A stretch of 64,000 nt of DNA from Kudoa neothunni (Eukaryota > Animalia > Cnidaria), in the NCBI GenBank assembly GCA_964304625.1, contig OZ199838.1, forward strand, positions 4,981,489 through 5,045,488. The letters are read 5' to 3'. Shown one piece after another: positions 1 to 13,605 of this stretch (position 1 is the first letter of the stretch; each line of letters begins with the position of its first letter). Under the pieces are notes generated by a model. That model was not told where the DNA came from, ran no database searches, and saw only the letters and a list, made by a program, of their open reading frames with translations. The position numbers and the translations under genes were made by a program.

Positions 1-1643
1 GATTTTAATTTCGCTAGTAACAATCGTTAAAAATAAGTTGCTGTAGAATAATTTTGTCTGACTCCTTCCTTAGGTTAATTTAAACGATTAGTATATATTT
101 TGAATGTTTTTAAGAAACTTCTCAATAAAAAATATTCCCCGGCGAAACTAGTAAGTTCACGCAAGTTAATCATAAATTAATACTTCATAGTATTGTTAAA
201 TTCCAATAGTAGTTTAAATAGAGAACACATTTCACTTAAATTTTTTCTTGAATTGATACCAGCTAAATAAATAGGTGCCAGTCATTTAGGATACTATTAT
301 GGTAAGAACATGAAATTTTATCGTAATGACACCCCAAAAGCTTCTGTTTTATTGTTATAGACACAAGTTTTAGTAATAAATTGTTCTCTGTAATTTCCAG
401 ATTAATGTTTGTAACATAAAGAATCCAAAACCATTTTTACAATCCAATTTATCCATTAATCAGTCCGAATCGTTGATAAAGGAGCGACATATTCTGTTAT
501 CATTCTTTCAAATGGTGATTGATTTCTAACTTTTGAAAGTACATTTTCACTTTAACTGTGATGTCACGGTACTACAGTTATCATAAATTCCTTTGGATAA
601 AGCCAATATGTTGTAAAAAGGATAGAACTTTTTAGCAATGATTTTTTAATACGAAAGTATCTTCAAGAAGTAATGTATCAACGCCTACTAATGAGAAACT
701 CACGCATATTTTGTGGTATACGAAATATACGAACTCTTCAGATGGTATACGATCTTGTATATTAACCTAGAAAGAGTATAAATTATAATTTGTAAAGATA
801 TATACATTCAATAAAAATACAAAAGCTTATAACAGCATGTAGATGCTTATATTGCAATAACGTTAGAAAATATTGAATAAACACCGAATTTGTTTTTCAA
901 TATTTTCTAATTATACTTATGCGTCAAAAACGTTGGTGTATTAGATCCGCAAGAATACAATATCAGTAGTCGATTTTAGTGCCCTCAGAAGGTAAAAGAT
1001 TTAAAAAAACCTTTTGCAATCTAATAAACATTTAAAATAAATATTTGTGGTGAAAATTAATTTGGAGCACGGTTTTTATAAATATTGTTGGGCCGTGATT
1101 ACTAAAATAAACAATTCTAACGCATGGTTTTCCTCATTTTAGTTGTAATACATAAATTGTGAGGTTGTCACATAGAAAAGATCAAGAAAATTTGAAATTT
1201 AGAGTTTAGATATATAGTAAACACTATGAAATAGATTAGTGGAGCAAATATGCTGAAAATGGTAACACAAATTAATTATTTGTTATTATACTCAAAATAC
1301 CATCAAACTATAAAATATCATAAACTTTAAATGAAATTACTTTCCTTCCATTCTCCAGTATTACGTTTAATATATTTCAGTCTATTTCCATGTTTCACAA
1401 ATGTTTCACAAATGTTGACTCATATTTGTTTTTATTAAACTCTAGAAAACAGTTATTACAGGAAGTTTTTTGACTTAACTAGTTAAGGTTAAGTATAAAC
1501 ATAATTTATAATTTTTGTATTGATAAAAAACTTTTATTGTAATATGAACATAAATGGTCCAAATACTCAATTTAACGTTTTTATATGTGAAAGAATTAAC
1601 TATTATTATAATAAGGTTTGTTGTGTGATTCGTATTAATCCTC

Positions 1644-2966
1644 ATGTTACACGTATTTTCTATTGTATGAATTTTTTATGAAATTTATAATGTTTGGTTT
1701 TAAACTCACACAAGGATTCTTTGAAAAATAGAGAAAACGATAACAGTTTGTTAGGAACTGCTAAATCCTCAGCAATCACGTGTTTGCAGTGTCAATCTGA
1801 ACGGAAAATTGTGCCTGTTAGATGATCACTGTTAAGGGTGGTGTTAGACTAGATGATACCAACCTCAAAGATATTATTTACATTGATGAGTTTAATGAAA
1901 AGTTTATACAACGCATAATACCCTTGGCATCAGTGATACTTTATACAAATATTGAGGAACAGTACTATTTTATGAGTTATGATCAATTTTCTGTTGTGCT
2001 TCAAGGTGATAATAAACAAATTTTTGATGATAAATTTAAATTGTCTTGTTTAAACGAGTTGAAAAATAAAAGTATACCCAAGTTTGTGTTTTTTTTATAT
2101 TAATTTCTAGAAAATATTTCAGTGCATCCCAGTTTTCTATTACCAGACGTGCTGTTGATTTATTGTGATCACGATATTTATAAAATGCAATTGAAAAATG
2201 GAGAATTCATCTTTGAACACCTTTTTCAATTTAAATTCAAAATATTAGAGTTGGGTGTTTTTGGATCGAAATTGCTATATATTGATAATAAATGCAACGC
2301 TTACTTTCAAAGTTTTGAGGATATTTTACTGCATTCGTCTCAAGAGTTGGAAATTAAACCAGTGTATTTGTGTCTTCAATGTAGTTTTGTTTATATTGAG
2401 GATTATTTAGAATAAACGAAAATAACAACCTGATCAAAATCAAACAGATAAGTTGCGGTTTTTCACACGCCATTGCTTTGGACGATAACGGATTTATTTA
2501 CGCCATGGGCGATAATAGTAAAGGTCAACTTGGAGTTGGAATGAGTACGAAAAGTACAAACGTATTTGTGGAAGTGACAGAGCTTGGATGGACTAGCTGT
2601 AAAAAGGTGGTTGCAGGAGGATGGCATAATTTGATCATTAACGAAAATGGTGATGTGTACAGTTGGGGATGGAACAAATATGGCCAGCTAGGCATTGGTT
2701 CGTCGTTCATATCGGAATATCCTACTTTGATTGAAACTGATAATAGCAACTCAGCGTTTGAAGGTATTATAGATGTGTCTTGTGGATCCTCCCATTCGGC
2801 TGCTCTCTCTTTAAATGGAATCGTCTACATTTGGGGTAGCAATGAGTTTAGTCAAATTTCAGCCGTCGAGACAAAATTGTTTCCTAAGCCAGTCGGCATA
2901 GACAAAAAACATTCTAAAGTGGTTTGTGGACATTTTTCTTCTGTCATCATCGATAACACTCCCTAA
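1644..2966 (+). CDS. RCC1-repeat (RCCD1/UVR8-like) protein, about 6 exons
   Basis: The last exon has RCC1 repeats (ISCGFSHAIALDDNG, GDNSKGQLG, VVAGGWHNL..VYSWGWNKYGQLG, VSCGSSHS). Upstream ORF pieces join in frame through ~39-50 nt GT-AG introns (e.g. 2072-2110). The ATG at 1644 is tentative. Confidence 0.8.
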
Positions 2967-4689
2967 TGTTTGTGTTCATTAATTTGATGTGATTTTTAAA
3001 TAGTCATTAAATCGGTCTATTCTCTTTGTTTTGAATTTTCTAAAATTTAAAGTTCATTTCACATAAAACTCACTTAGCGTTAAAATATTATTGATTCCAT
3101 TCTATATCTGTAATTAATTTTTTTAGTTAGAAAAATAAATATAATCTCATCTAATTTTTTAGTTAATTTTTAATAATTACAAAATAAATTTATTTTTTAA
3201 TGTTGAATGCATTTAAAATTAAAATTTATGTTTGAATTGATTTGATTTGAATGTAACAAATTCATTCATAAATATTAACAATTATTTCCATATATTTAAA
3301 GTTATTTTCTAATACTTCGAAAACTATAATAATTATATTTTTAATAAAAATATATGTTTATTTAACTTGTGATGACTTTTAAAATTATCGAATTCTAAAG
3401 GTTTTAAAATAAAAAAAATTACTTGATTTTCGTTGACCCATCTTCGAATCGTTAATATTACAATAAAATATTTTTTATGACTAATTATTATACTTAAAAA
3501 GTTTATAACATGGTTAACGACATTTCTTAATTATTAATAAAATGTATTATAATCTTTCCAATAAAGATTAATCAAACTATTTAAATAGTCAAGAAAATTC
3601 GTCAACGAATTCATACAATAAAGGATGAATCTCAATTTATATCCGTATCAAGATTATGTATAATTGAATCCATAGTAATAATTTAGATAAGCGGAAAAAC
3701 ATATAAAGATTTTTTAAATACATTTTCGACTATCTTTTTTAAGATTAGGAAGCACTTAAATCTATGACCTAAAACTCAAATAATTATTCAGTTTAGGAAA
3801 AAAATTTAAAAGATTTTCTAAAACTAACATGAAATTTACGCAAAAAATATTTACAAGACGAAGAGTTTAAAAATGCGTAGATAAATATAATAATTTATAT
3901 TTATAATGTTGATCTTAGTTCATTTATTTTTTGAGAGATTCAAAACCTTAGATTATTAACTATTTTCTCATGTTATCCTGATTTTTTGTTGTTTATAATT
4001 AGGGATCATAGTTTTCGATTAAAATCGGGTTTAGTCGATGTTGGTCATCGAATTTTAAAAAGTTTCGACGTTTATTTTCTAGTAATATTTGAAATCTCTC
4101 GAATAAATTGAAACTGATATTTAACGGAGAGAAATTTAGTCTTCTTGTTGAATAGATCGACATAGCGAATGTGGAAAATGAATTAGTCTATAAATATTTC
4201 AAAGTGAAATTATCTAATAAACAAAATAGAATTTACAAACAAATAAAGCCAAAGAAACATACTTAAATAAAAAAGCGTTGCTAGACAATTTTTTCCAGTT
4301 ATTTTTTCAGAGTTAGATAAAATGGCGAAATTTGAAAAATTGGGTTTTCTGTTATTATCATCGACGTTCTTTCGTTATCGTTATTTGATAAAATAATTTT
4401 TTGTGAGGATCTGGTTCCAAATTTTTTGGCAGCCCCTATTTTTCCGTACGCGATTTTTCTCCTAGAAAAATATCTGTTATAAATGAAGAATATAAATTTA
4501 GTTTCACTTATTTTTTAGTTGACAGCTAGGCATTCAAATGAATCGAGGGTATTCTTAATTCTCATTAAGTATGAATACAAAATACTTGAAATTTTCGATG
4601 AATCAGTGTATATTTCTCTACTAAAGCTAACTATGCGTAGTATAACGCCATAACAAGTAAAATATCCTTTAAAATACAACTGCAACATT

Positions 4690-4960
4690 GATAGTACCGA
4701 GATCAGTCATTATGGGAAGAGAGTCTGGCCGAACGCTACTTATGCGAGATCTATCAGACCTAGAGGCCGGTGGTGTATTTCCGAACTTTGGAAAGGCTAA
4801 AGAACCAATGGATACGTAGTAGAAGTGGGAGCACTTTTGTTACTGGGTCGGATGCTTCATAAAATTTTCATCAATAAAAGTTTTGCAATGGATTGGCTAG
4901 TTTATTTACTAAGTGTGAGGACTGACTGGGAAGGAGGGTAAAGTGATTAGAGAGTTAACG
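4690..4960 (+). pseudogene. possible decayed non-LTR (RTE-like) reverse transcriptase fragment
   Basis: GC-richer patch translating as LMRDLSDLEAGGVFPNFGKAK...EHFCYW with stops. It weakly resembles the GL.iN..KTK...F.YLG motif of RT. Confidence 0.2.
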
Positions 4961-6509
4961 ACACAACTGTTGAAAAATTAAGCTCAGACATTAACACAAG
5001 ACATAACACATCATTAATGTTATATGCATACAATATGTAAGTTAAAATAGATAATTAAATGGAATCATATTCCAATAGTTGCGCATACTGCTTCAACATA
5101 AGTATAAAGTTATCATATAGACATACTATCTCTATTAGAAAGAAAATGAATTTGGATCTATATGACAAAAAGTATGTAATATGATGTGACACAAGAAATA
5201 TTACATATCATTTAATCAAATGATCAAAGATATATATATATATATATTCAGAATCATTTGTGTTGTGTGTAGCCAGCAACCACTGGAATTTCAAGTTAAT
5301 GCTATGCCCCGAATTCTACATTTATGCGATATAGGAAGCTAAAATTCTCTTCAAGAAAATAACATCATTTAGTTCTGTACAAACGGGACTTATATGATTT
5401 AGTGAACAAGATTTTTGATGAAAATTCTTGCTCATTATCAATGAGGATTCTTTGAATACGGTAGCTCAGTTTTTCCGCTACTCATATATCAACGTAATCT
5501 AGTCAAAATTAACGTCTGAATCTATTATCAGCAAAAATCATGAAATTTCAGTTCCAAAATATAATGCGAGTGTCTAGTAAAATTTTTATTTACATTTCGT
5601 TATTGAGGAGTCGTTAATGGAGCGGATGGATATACAAGAAGCAGTTCGAGATAATGACACATCATAAATAACTGAAGTGGAAATCTTAGATATTGTGAAT
5701 GATTCTACAGTTAAATATCCATCTTTCATAGCTATGTGAATTTCATCCATGTTGCGAAATTCCTAAAATTATGGGAATAAAGTCGAGAAACAGACCAAAA
5801 AGTGTATCACGAACAGTTTTAGATTTTGGAAACAAATTTTCTTATTATAATGATGATGATAATATAACATCAAAATCGATATATAGGATTCAAATATAAG
5901 TTTATATGAAGTTACACAGTACCAATTGTTTACAAATTAAATTGTAGAAAATTCAATATTTTATTAAATTTTAGTGATATATAAATCATTTTGTGGGAAT
6001 ATTTATCTTATTATAAGAATTGTAAAAAGTGAATGGGTCAAATAGTTATACAACACCTTGGTTTCATTTGGATACTATTGGTAACAATTAGCTATGTTAA
6101 AGTAGGTTCTTGAATTAATGAAACTAAATTTATGTTCTGCACTTATAGCAGATATTTTTTCCAAAAAATAATGATTGAATCATTATTCTAGGAGAAAAAT
6201 TGCGTCCAGCAAAATAGACACAACCAATTTTTTTAAGGCAGTGGTTATTCTCATGGTAATGAATACCTCCTCCGTTATAAAAGATATTTAAAATCAGATT
6301 TCTTATTCGTATTAAATTATTTTTAATATAATTTTCTATGAAAAAATTGTTTGAAAATTGAACGGACAAAAATTTAACATTTCATCAGCTTTATTTACAC
6401 TGTTCAATAAGTAAACTCACATTTTGTTGGCCTAATATTATGTGATATAAACGTTTTAGTTTAAATGAAATACAAACATATCTAATGGCGAGTAGAAACC
6501 TTTCGTTTA

Positions 6510-8426
6510 GGACAGTGGCTATTTGCATGGATCCGTTTAATCCCGTCTCTGGACTGACTATATGCATGGATGGGAATATCTCCTAGAATATGTGATATTA
6601 AAAATTTGCTTTCACATTTACAATAGGTTTTATTTTTCCTACAAAATTTTCTAATTTTTTAAAATAATTTTAAATGGAGAATTTGTCCATTAAAACCATA
6701 CTTTAACCATCTCTCATATACCAAAATCATACTTTTCTTGATTTAATAACATTACTAAATGTTTATACATACTATTATAGTCAATTAAGTTCTATTGTCT
6801 GCAATAAAATTGATTATTATCATGCTAGACGTTGCTCACACAAAGCATTGGCCGCATGTCTCGCATGATCTCACAATTTTAATAATTGTCTTACACTGAA
6901 CATTAATTCTCGTTTGATCCAAATTGTATCATAAAATTCACAGATTTTATTATTCTGCGAAATAATTTTATACGTTAAACCATTTGGTTTCGTTGAATCT
7001 ATGCGGCGAATTTAAAATGTGAATCTCCGCGTATATCCTTTTTGAGAACTATATTATTTAACTCACGTTTCACTTAAATTAAAATATGCTAAATGTATCT
7101 ACATTTATTTCTAGCGCATCTTTCTTCATAACGACTATACAAGATTCATTTAGCTTGACTCATAACAAGTGCATATATCGCATGATGAATCTGAAGATTC
7201 GATGAAATTGTTATTGAATGAATTAGTTGATGTTGCCCCTTGGCTGAAGACAAAAATATGAACAATAATATCAGATAAATACCAGTGCCTTAAGATGACG
7301 TTTGAATCTGCTCTCTTTTGTTATGTAGGTTTCATCTCTGTCAAATATTTCCACGCGGAGATAAAAAAGGAATGTATGGAATAAATTCAGAGAAGTAGTA
7401 CCTATTATGAATGGTTTTGACGAAATAGTTTGTCGTATTAGCAACCATCAAGTTGCTTCCATATGTGATGAATTATACGGGCACGGATTTTACAATCCCG
7501 ATATTTATTTTGATAAAAGATGGAAACTAATCGTAAGTGAATGGATCGTTGGTTAAGTTATGCTGAATATTATTTAAAAAACTGCACAAATGAAAGATCG
7601 AAAGCGTTGTTAAATAATTTTCAACTCTGCCAGAATTATTCATATCGTTCGTCTGTTACCTGAAATCTATCAGAATTGAAAGATAACATATAATGGTTAT
7701 CAAATATTTACAGTCATATGATACTATAAATAACAACAAAACTTTCCGGCAATATTATGCTCGCCTGGCACTTTACTGGCCTAATATTATTATGGAGGAA
7801 GTATCCAAAATAAAAATTATAAAAAAGAAAATAAGTAGTGTCTGTTATTGGGATACCCAAAAAATTATCAAGAAGAAATGAATCAAATTTTTTCTCAAAT
7901 AGAATTTTGATTTATTATTGATTCAAAAAATTTTACTCCCGCTGAATTTAATAAAACTAATATTTTAACAAATCGATAAAATTGTTTGGAGCGAAATAGC
8001 ATAAATGTGGAAATTTTTAGGATGCCGACAAACGAAGGGTAAAAACATAGTTTCATCAAAAAATAAGAGGCATTTTGGCGGCCTTAGATTTTTCTAATAT
8101 TTATAGCCATTGGAATTAAATGTGAAAGTTAGCTGATACGCATGCCTCATTAGAGTTAATAACGTGCGAGTTGGTGGATAATTTGAATTAATTGGCCTAG
8201 GATTACATAAATTAGCATTCAATACTACTACCAAATCAGGAAAAGTATAATTTTTATACATGAGAGATGATTAAAATATGGTTTTAACGGATAAATTTTC
8301 CATTTAAAATTATTAAAAAAAATAATTTTTTTTCGGATAAATATAGCCTTTTGTATTTATGAAATCGAATTTTTAATATCTAGCGTATTCTAGGAGATAT
8401 TCTCATCCATGCAAATAGCCACGTCC
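6510..8426. mobile_element. non-autonomous Mutator-like DNA transposon with long TIRs
   Basis: ~250 bp imperfect terminal inverted repeats (GGAC(A)GTGGCTATTTGCATGGAT.../...ATCCATGCAAATAGCCACGTCC). Exact 8-bp TSD TTCGTTTA at 6502-6509 and 8427-8434. No intact ORF. Confidence 0.8.
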
Positions 8427-8719
8427 TTCGTTTAATACGTCTCGACGACGCAGTTTAACTTAGAAATGCACATGTTTCGTAAACGATTGGAGAAGACTTT
8501 TTCTAAAACATTTTTTCAATATAAATTTAAAAAAATTATCGTTAATTAATGAATATTAATTGGATTCGAATTTGTTTACATCGTCGTAAACCACATTTCT
8601 TATGTATCTATAAGATTGTATCATGATTTCGAGGAATTTTCGTTTTTTTCCTAAAAATATATTTGCTTCAATCGGAAGTATGAGAGGGATTTTTGGATTC
8701 CTATTCTAGAATACAGAAT

Positions 8720-9174
8720 TGTTGGGTATCGTGACCAACCGTGCGGTTTCTGTCAACGAAACCGTTAACGATTTCGAGGGAGCCAGAATCATCAGGCGGA
8801 CCTACTCCGATTGCTAATAAGTGAGTAATGGGGTTATCCATAAAACGGTACACCTCGAACCTGGGTAAAATTCACATAGGAATACCCAAAGACGAAGGTA
8901 CACATGTTCGGCAATCAGGTGTAGGGTCCGCCTCACAGATGCGTGATTCTGGTCCTTGCATGGAATCGGTTTTTGGCACCCCTCACCACATATAACGTTG
9001 TGTTTATTATTATTGTTCATTCTCTCTTTTTCTGAGTTATCGTCATTTGATTTCTTTTTGCCGCATGCGCTCGAGGACACATCAAGAACCTATAAATACA
9101 AGGGTCTATGGATTTAAATTTAAGTGTAAGTCTTTACGTCTTAATTTACACTCATTATCTATTTTTATCCCACA
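8720..9174. other. GC-richer structured island: LTR-retroelement relic or ncRNA
   Basis: TG...CA termini (TGTTGGG.../...CCCACA), TATAAATA near 9091, a long imperfect hairpin 8767-8814/8911-8971 and two short hairpins at 8721-8764. No matching TSD. Confidence 0.35.
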
Positions 9175-9719
9175 AGGAAATTATAATTTGTTCTGCATTA
9201 ATTTCCCTTGTAGTGTCTCAATGAGTAGATATATGAATTTAAGATTTTAAAATGATTACACATTGTTTAAACATGACAGTGACATTTTAATTAATTAATT
9301 AAGACAAGACTGTCAGGGCACGCCCAATTTTCTCTTTGTTTCAATAATATAATAACAGTTGTCCAATTCCTTTTTTGTCTCCCAAAACATTTGATTTATA
9401 AAGGAAGAATTAAACCTTATGTTGATTATTTTTACTTCTGATTATTTATTATCTTTGAAATTATCTGAAATGGTGACTTTGCTAGGACTAAGGTATGACT
9501 GAACAAGATCAATCAACGCATATTTATATTATCAGGTATTAAACAACGCCAAACAAATGCGTGACGTTTCCGATGAGATATTCTTTATTTTTATTCATTT
9601 ATTTTCGTTTGAAGGAGTTTCTTGTCAGCTTTTAAAGATACACCTCTGATATTAAAGGATCCGAGAGATTAATCCATCTCTGGCCATGCAAATTTTCGCG
9701 AAAAACAGCACAATAAATT

Positions 9720-10731
9720 ATATTAAATAATTACTCATTATTTCTTTAAATAAGGTACTAAGTTCGATTCCTCTATATTTTTTACGGAATACACAACCCC
9801 AAATGAAGTCATATAATGACTCTACATTTTTATCAGTAATATTCCAGTACTTTCTTTTAAATCCTCCTCACGTAGCTTCGATTTTATTTGTTTGTACACC
9901 AGTACCAGAAACAAACGAATATTCATGACACATTGTATCGTGAAAAAATCCTAAATCGTTCAGACGATTGTAGCTCCTCCATTTATCTATCTAGATAACA
10001 GAATTTTCTTCAACATTGTCAAGAATAATTTTTTCAAGCACAGCATTGCGTCTTCTCTTCGTCAGTTCAAAAAACATTCATCTCCCCCATTTATACCACC
10101 AACGATCTAATACTGCTGGGTATTTAACCGTCTACCAACATTATATTTTCTTTTAATCATCGCAGTTACATCGATCTTGACAACCATATTTGTACTGCGA
10201 ATTTTTGTTCGTTCATCCGTAACCTTCAATATAACAATACTTCTAAATAATTCAAATCAATCACTTATCGTTTTTGAAGAGAGGATTCCGACGTGCTTTT
10301 GTATTTCTTCGTAGGTAACCTTGCTAAATTGAATTTTTACGAGGAAAAATACGAATAGTTTCCACAGCGGCATTTTAGAATGCTGAACTATTGATCCAAC
10401 TCGTAGATTTTGTTTGTTAAACAATCGGAAAAACAGATCTCGGCAATTTTTATTTGATATGAGATGCATCATTGTCCTACAAATACACTTTTTCTGTGAT
10501 GAAATCAGACCAAGGTTCTGCAATGTTTTGATAGTATGAATTGTGTCTAGCCTAAAAAATGCATATTCCATCATATTTATGGAATCAATATACTCCGAAT
10601 CAAAATTTCTCCTAAAGTTTTCCATTTTTCAAGCACGCGGCGAAAGTTTCCAATTGCAGTACTGTTTTGAAAAGAATAACCGAAAATTGTCATGGCATAT
10701 GTAAGATTCGGCTGATTTTTAATGTAGCCCC
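9720..10731 (-). mobile_element. decayed Merlin (IS1595-like DDE) transposase
   Basis: Minus-strand fragments LQNLGLISSQKKCICRTMM (zinc finger), VVKIDVTAMIKRKYNVGRR, DKWRSYNRL..GFFHDTMCH..SFVSGTGVQTNKIE. Frameshifts and stops present; ends not resolved. Confidence 0.8.
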
Positions 10732-11078
10732 TAATCTCTCAAATGTGGCGCTTTGTCCTCCGTCATGAGAAATACGTCTGTTTCTTCCGTTAAGAAAGTT
10801 TTAAGACATTTTTTTAATGAAAAGAGGACCACTTCTGTTATTTGAAATAAAGTTATACAAAACGGTAATTGTGGAGCGTGTGGTTCCCCATTTTTAGTGG
10901 TTTTTACATTTTTTTCATCAAAAATGGTCCCAACAAATCTTATTTTATTTGCTTTTCTTATCTGCAAAGGGTCAAAATATTTTTTAAAATCTTAAAAATA
11001 ATTTTTTGCCTAATCCCATGCATTGCGGCATATTAGATAGCATAATTCTCATTATACGCAGGGATTAGGCTTATATAA

Positions 11079-12477
11079 CCCTCCCCGTACTGCGTGCGAA
11101 AAAATTACGTGTTTGCCGACGGGGTCCATTTGGGACCCCCTTTTAAATAAGCCTTAAACGCCATCAATTACTACGAAACTAACATGATGTTATTTAAAGA
11201 CATTTATAAGTATAAAAAATAAAATCTAGCTCTCCCCGGTAGCCTAAAATGCAGATATGAGACCAAGATGAACTTATTGTGTCCGACCAATGTGACGAAA
11301 TCAGCGCATAAGTTTCAGCGCGAATGACTTCGAAGGTGTCCAAAAGAAATAAATATCTAATTTATCCGACTAGGTGCTATAAAAAATTAATAGATGATGA
11401 TCAAATACAGGCCCAACTAAGCGCCGTTCTGTAGAAATTATCGGACTGTTTCGGAAATAGTAAATGTAGCGGCGCATGCAGTTTGCTCTGAGATTTCATA
11501 GAAAGCAGTGTTTGAAAAGCTCACATTATTTTAATTCCTTCAAAATTAAAATAAAAAAATTATAAAGGTTCATTTCTTAGTAATATATTTACATTTTTAA
11601 ATGCTACATTCCCTTACGGGTTTACGAACTTTTTTTTATTTATTTGCATATTTAAGAGTTAGTATGATTAAATTAAATTCTTTAGTTTGAGGAAACCTAA
11701 GTTGTTTAAATATGTTGATATTCATACTTGCAAAACTGCTGGAACATACGTTTAACGCTTCTATACGAATAATTCGTAGGACGTACATGACGATATCAAT
11801 AATCAATAAACACACGATGCCTTAACTATAATTATATAATCAATACAAATATTAGTAACTATTATTTCCGACTATTTTTAAAAATTATTGATAGGTCCTA
11901 TTGCTTATTTTACTTAATTTGCAATAGAACAATTATTTGCCAAGTACTCTTTATACTCTATCAATTTATATGTCACTGATTAAAAATTACGGAATACCCA
12001 GATGATACACAAAGATTCTAATAGTGATATTGCATATAATGCATCATGGACTAGTTTATTGTTGGTAAACATAGATTCTTTAGAGAAACAAGAGCCTGCC
12101 TACCAACCAAAAAGCGCGGTACGGATTAATTCTCGCTAATCTCCTATTAAGTCGAAGTATATATAAACCTTACGTATGTATGGCTTTAAAATCAACCAAA
12201 CAAAATTTATAAATATAAATAAGTAAAATAGATTAATTTGCATATAATGGACCATTTTTATTGAAATTCTATAGGAATAAATATTCGGATTATGAAATAA
12301 ATATAATCTCTAAGGCGTATTTTTTAAATTCGAAAAAAAATTATAATTTTTATATTTACTTTTTAACCTTATAGAGACATTCCCGGGACAGTTAAGAAGT
12401 CAATAGTTCAGTTTCAGAGTAACGTGAAGAATAGTGAAATTGGGGTCCTTAATGGGCCCCGCTTCGGACAGGGAGGG
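11079..12477. mobile_element. non-autonomous piggyBac element
   Basis: TIRs CCCTCCCCGTAC / GGACAGGGAGGG, TTAA on the right and ATAA on the left. Matching subterminal palindromes GGGGTCCATTTGGGACCCC / GGGGTCCTTAATGGGCCCC. Confidence 0.75.
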
Positions 12478-13051
12478 TTAAATGAGATTATACACACGCG
12501 CTAACGTGCGTTTTACCCATCATTGCTAGCCAATTCGCACATTTTCTCCGGTCCCCAAGGGATTACGTATTACCCGTCACCCATTGTACTCAAATTTTGA
12601 GGCTAAACCGAGCCGAAGATCGACGGCGACCGATAGATATTGCCTCTATGTTTTAAGCGCACTTTCCCCCCTAAGATTCAAAAACTTATGCTTCAATGAT
12701 TGTAATAGTTTATCATTATCATACTAAATCAAAAATTATTTAACATAATTAGTAAACTAATTTTATGAGAGTATAACACGACATCCTACCAATGTTCGAT
12801 AATATTTTTATAACAATTTAAACAAATTTTTATTCCCAATCTTTTAACGTAAATAAAAATTAAGAATATAAATAGATATATCAAAGGAATCTAAATCCTA
12901 AGAAAAGTCCGGGTTTTTTGGTTAATATTGAATTAAATTGTCGCTAACCAATAATGATCATAGTCCAATAATTCGCGGTCCAAATTCATCCATCCATAAC
13001 AAAAAGATTAGAATAACTCAAAATTCACATATTCTCTTCAAAAAATTCACA

Positions 13052-13541
13052 TTTTTTTTGTTTACAAGGTCGAATCCTTGGCGCAACTTGTTTGATTGTA
13101 ATGTTCGGGCTGGTTAGACCTTCTCCATTTACGCTGTAAGCACCGCAGCGTCATATTAAAGCGACCTACGTTTATGCGGTAATGTGGGATTTTAACCCAT
13201 TAAATATCTTCTTTTCGGAGCAACCACCACCCCAACCATACCCTGAACTAACCAAGAATTAGTCTGAGTGCGGGCGTCGGCTCTACGGAAACCCCTACTG
13301 GGTTGTATTTCGTTCCTGTACACCGGCGTTTATTAGCGCCCGAGTTTTACTCTTCCGCCAGATTCCCCTTCCAGTTGTAAACAAGGCCATGATAAATCGT
13401 AGATCCTTGCGATTACTACAGCCTTCCTACTTAATTTCGGATTAGGAATACAGGAACACCCGGACTAGTAGGCTTCGAACTCGCAACCTCTCGGTATGCG
13501 ATCTCAACCTAACACCACTATGCCATATTGACCAGATTTAC
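13052..13541 (-). mobile_element. tRNA-derived SINE, full-length copy A
   Basis: Minus-strand head with A box TGGCATAGTGG and B box AGTTCGAAGCC, and tail CTTGTAAACAAAAAAAA. 13-bp TSD CAAAAAATT(C/A)ACA at 13039-13051 and 13542-13554. Homologous to copies at 31.9/34.6 kb and 41.4 kb. Confidence 0.85.
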
Positions 13542-13605
13542 CAAAAAATTAACAATACACCCGTTGGCCATGCTCTCATAGTCCAGATGGACAGGTCATC
13601 TAATC

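Noticed and set aside
8745-8800. minus-strand CTGATGA...GAAA hammerhead
   Set aside because: The segment between the boxes cannot form stem II, and stem I does not pair.
8721-8974. SRP (7SL) RNA, RNase P/MRP or telomerase RNA
   Set aside because: No helix-8 CAGG..GNRA..AGCA motif, no CR-I/CR-V boxes and no CTAACCCTAA template.
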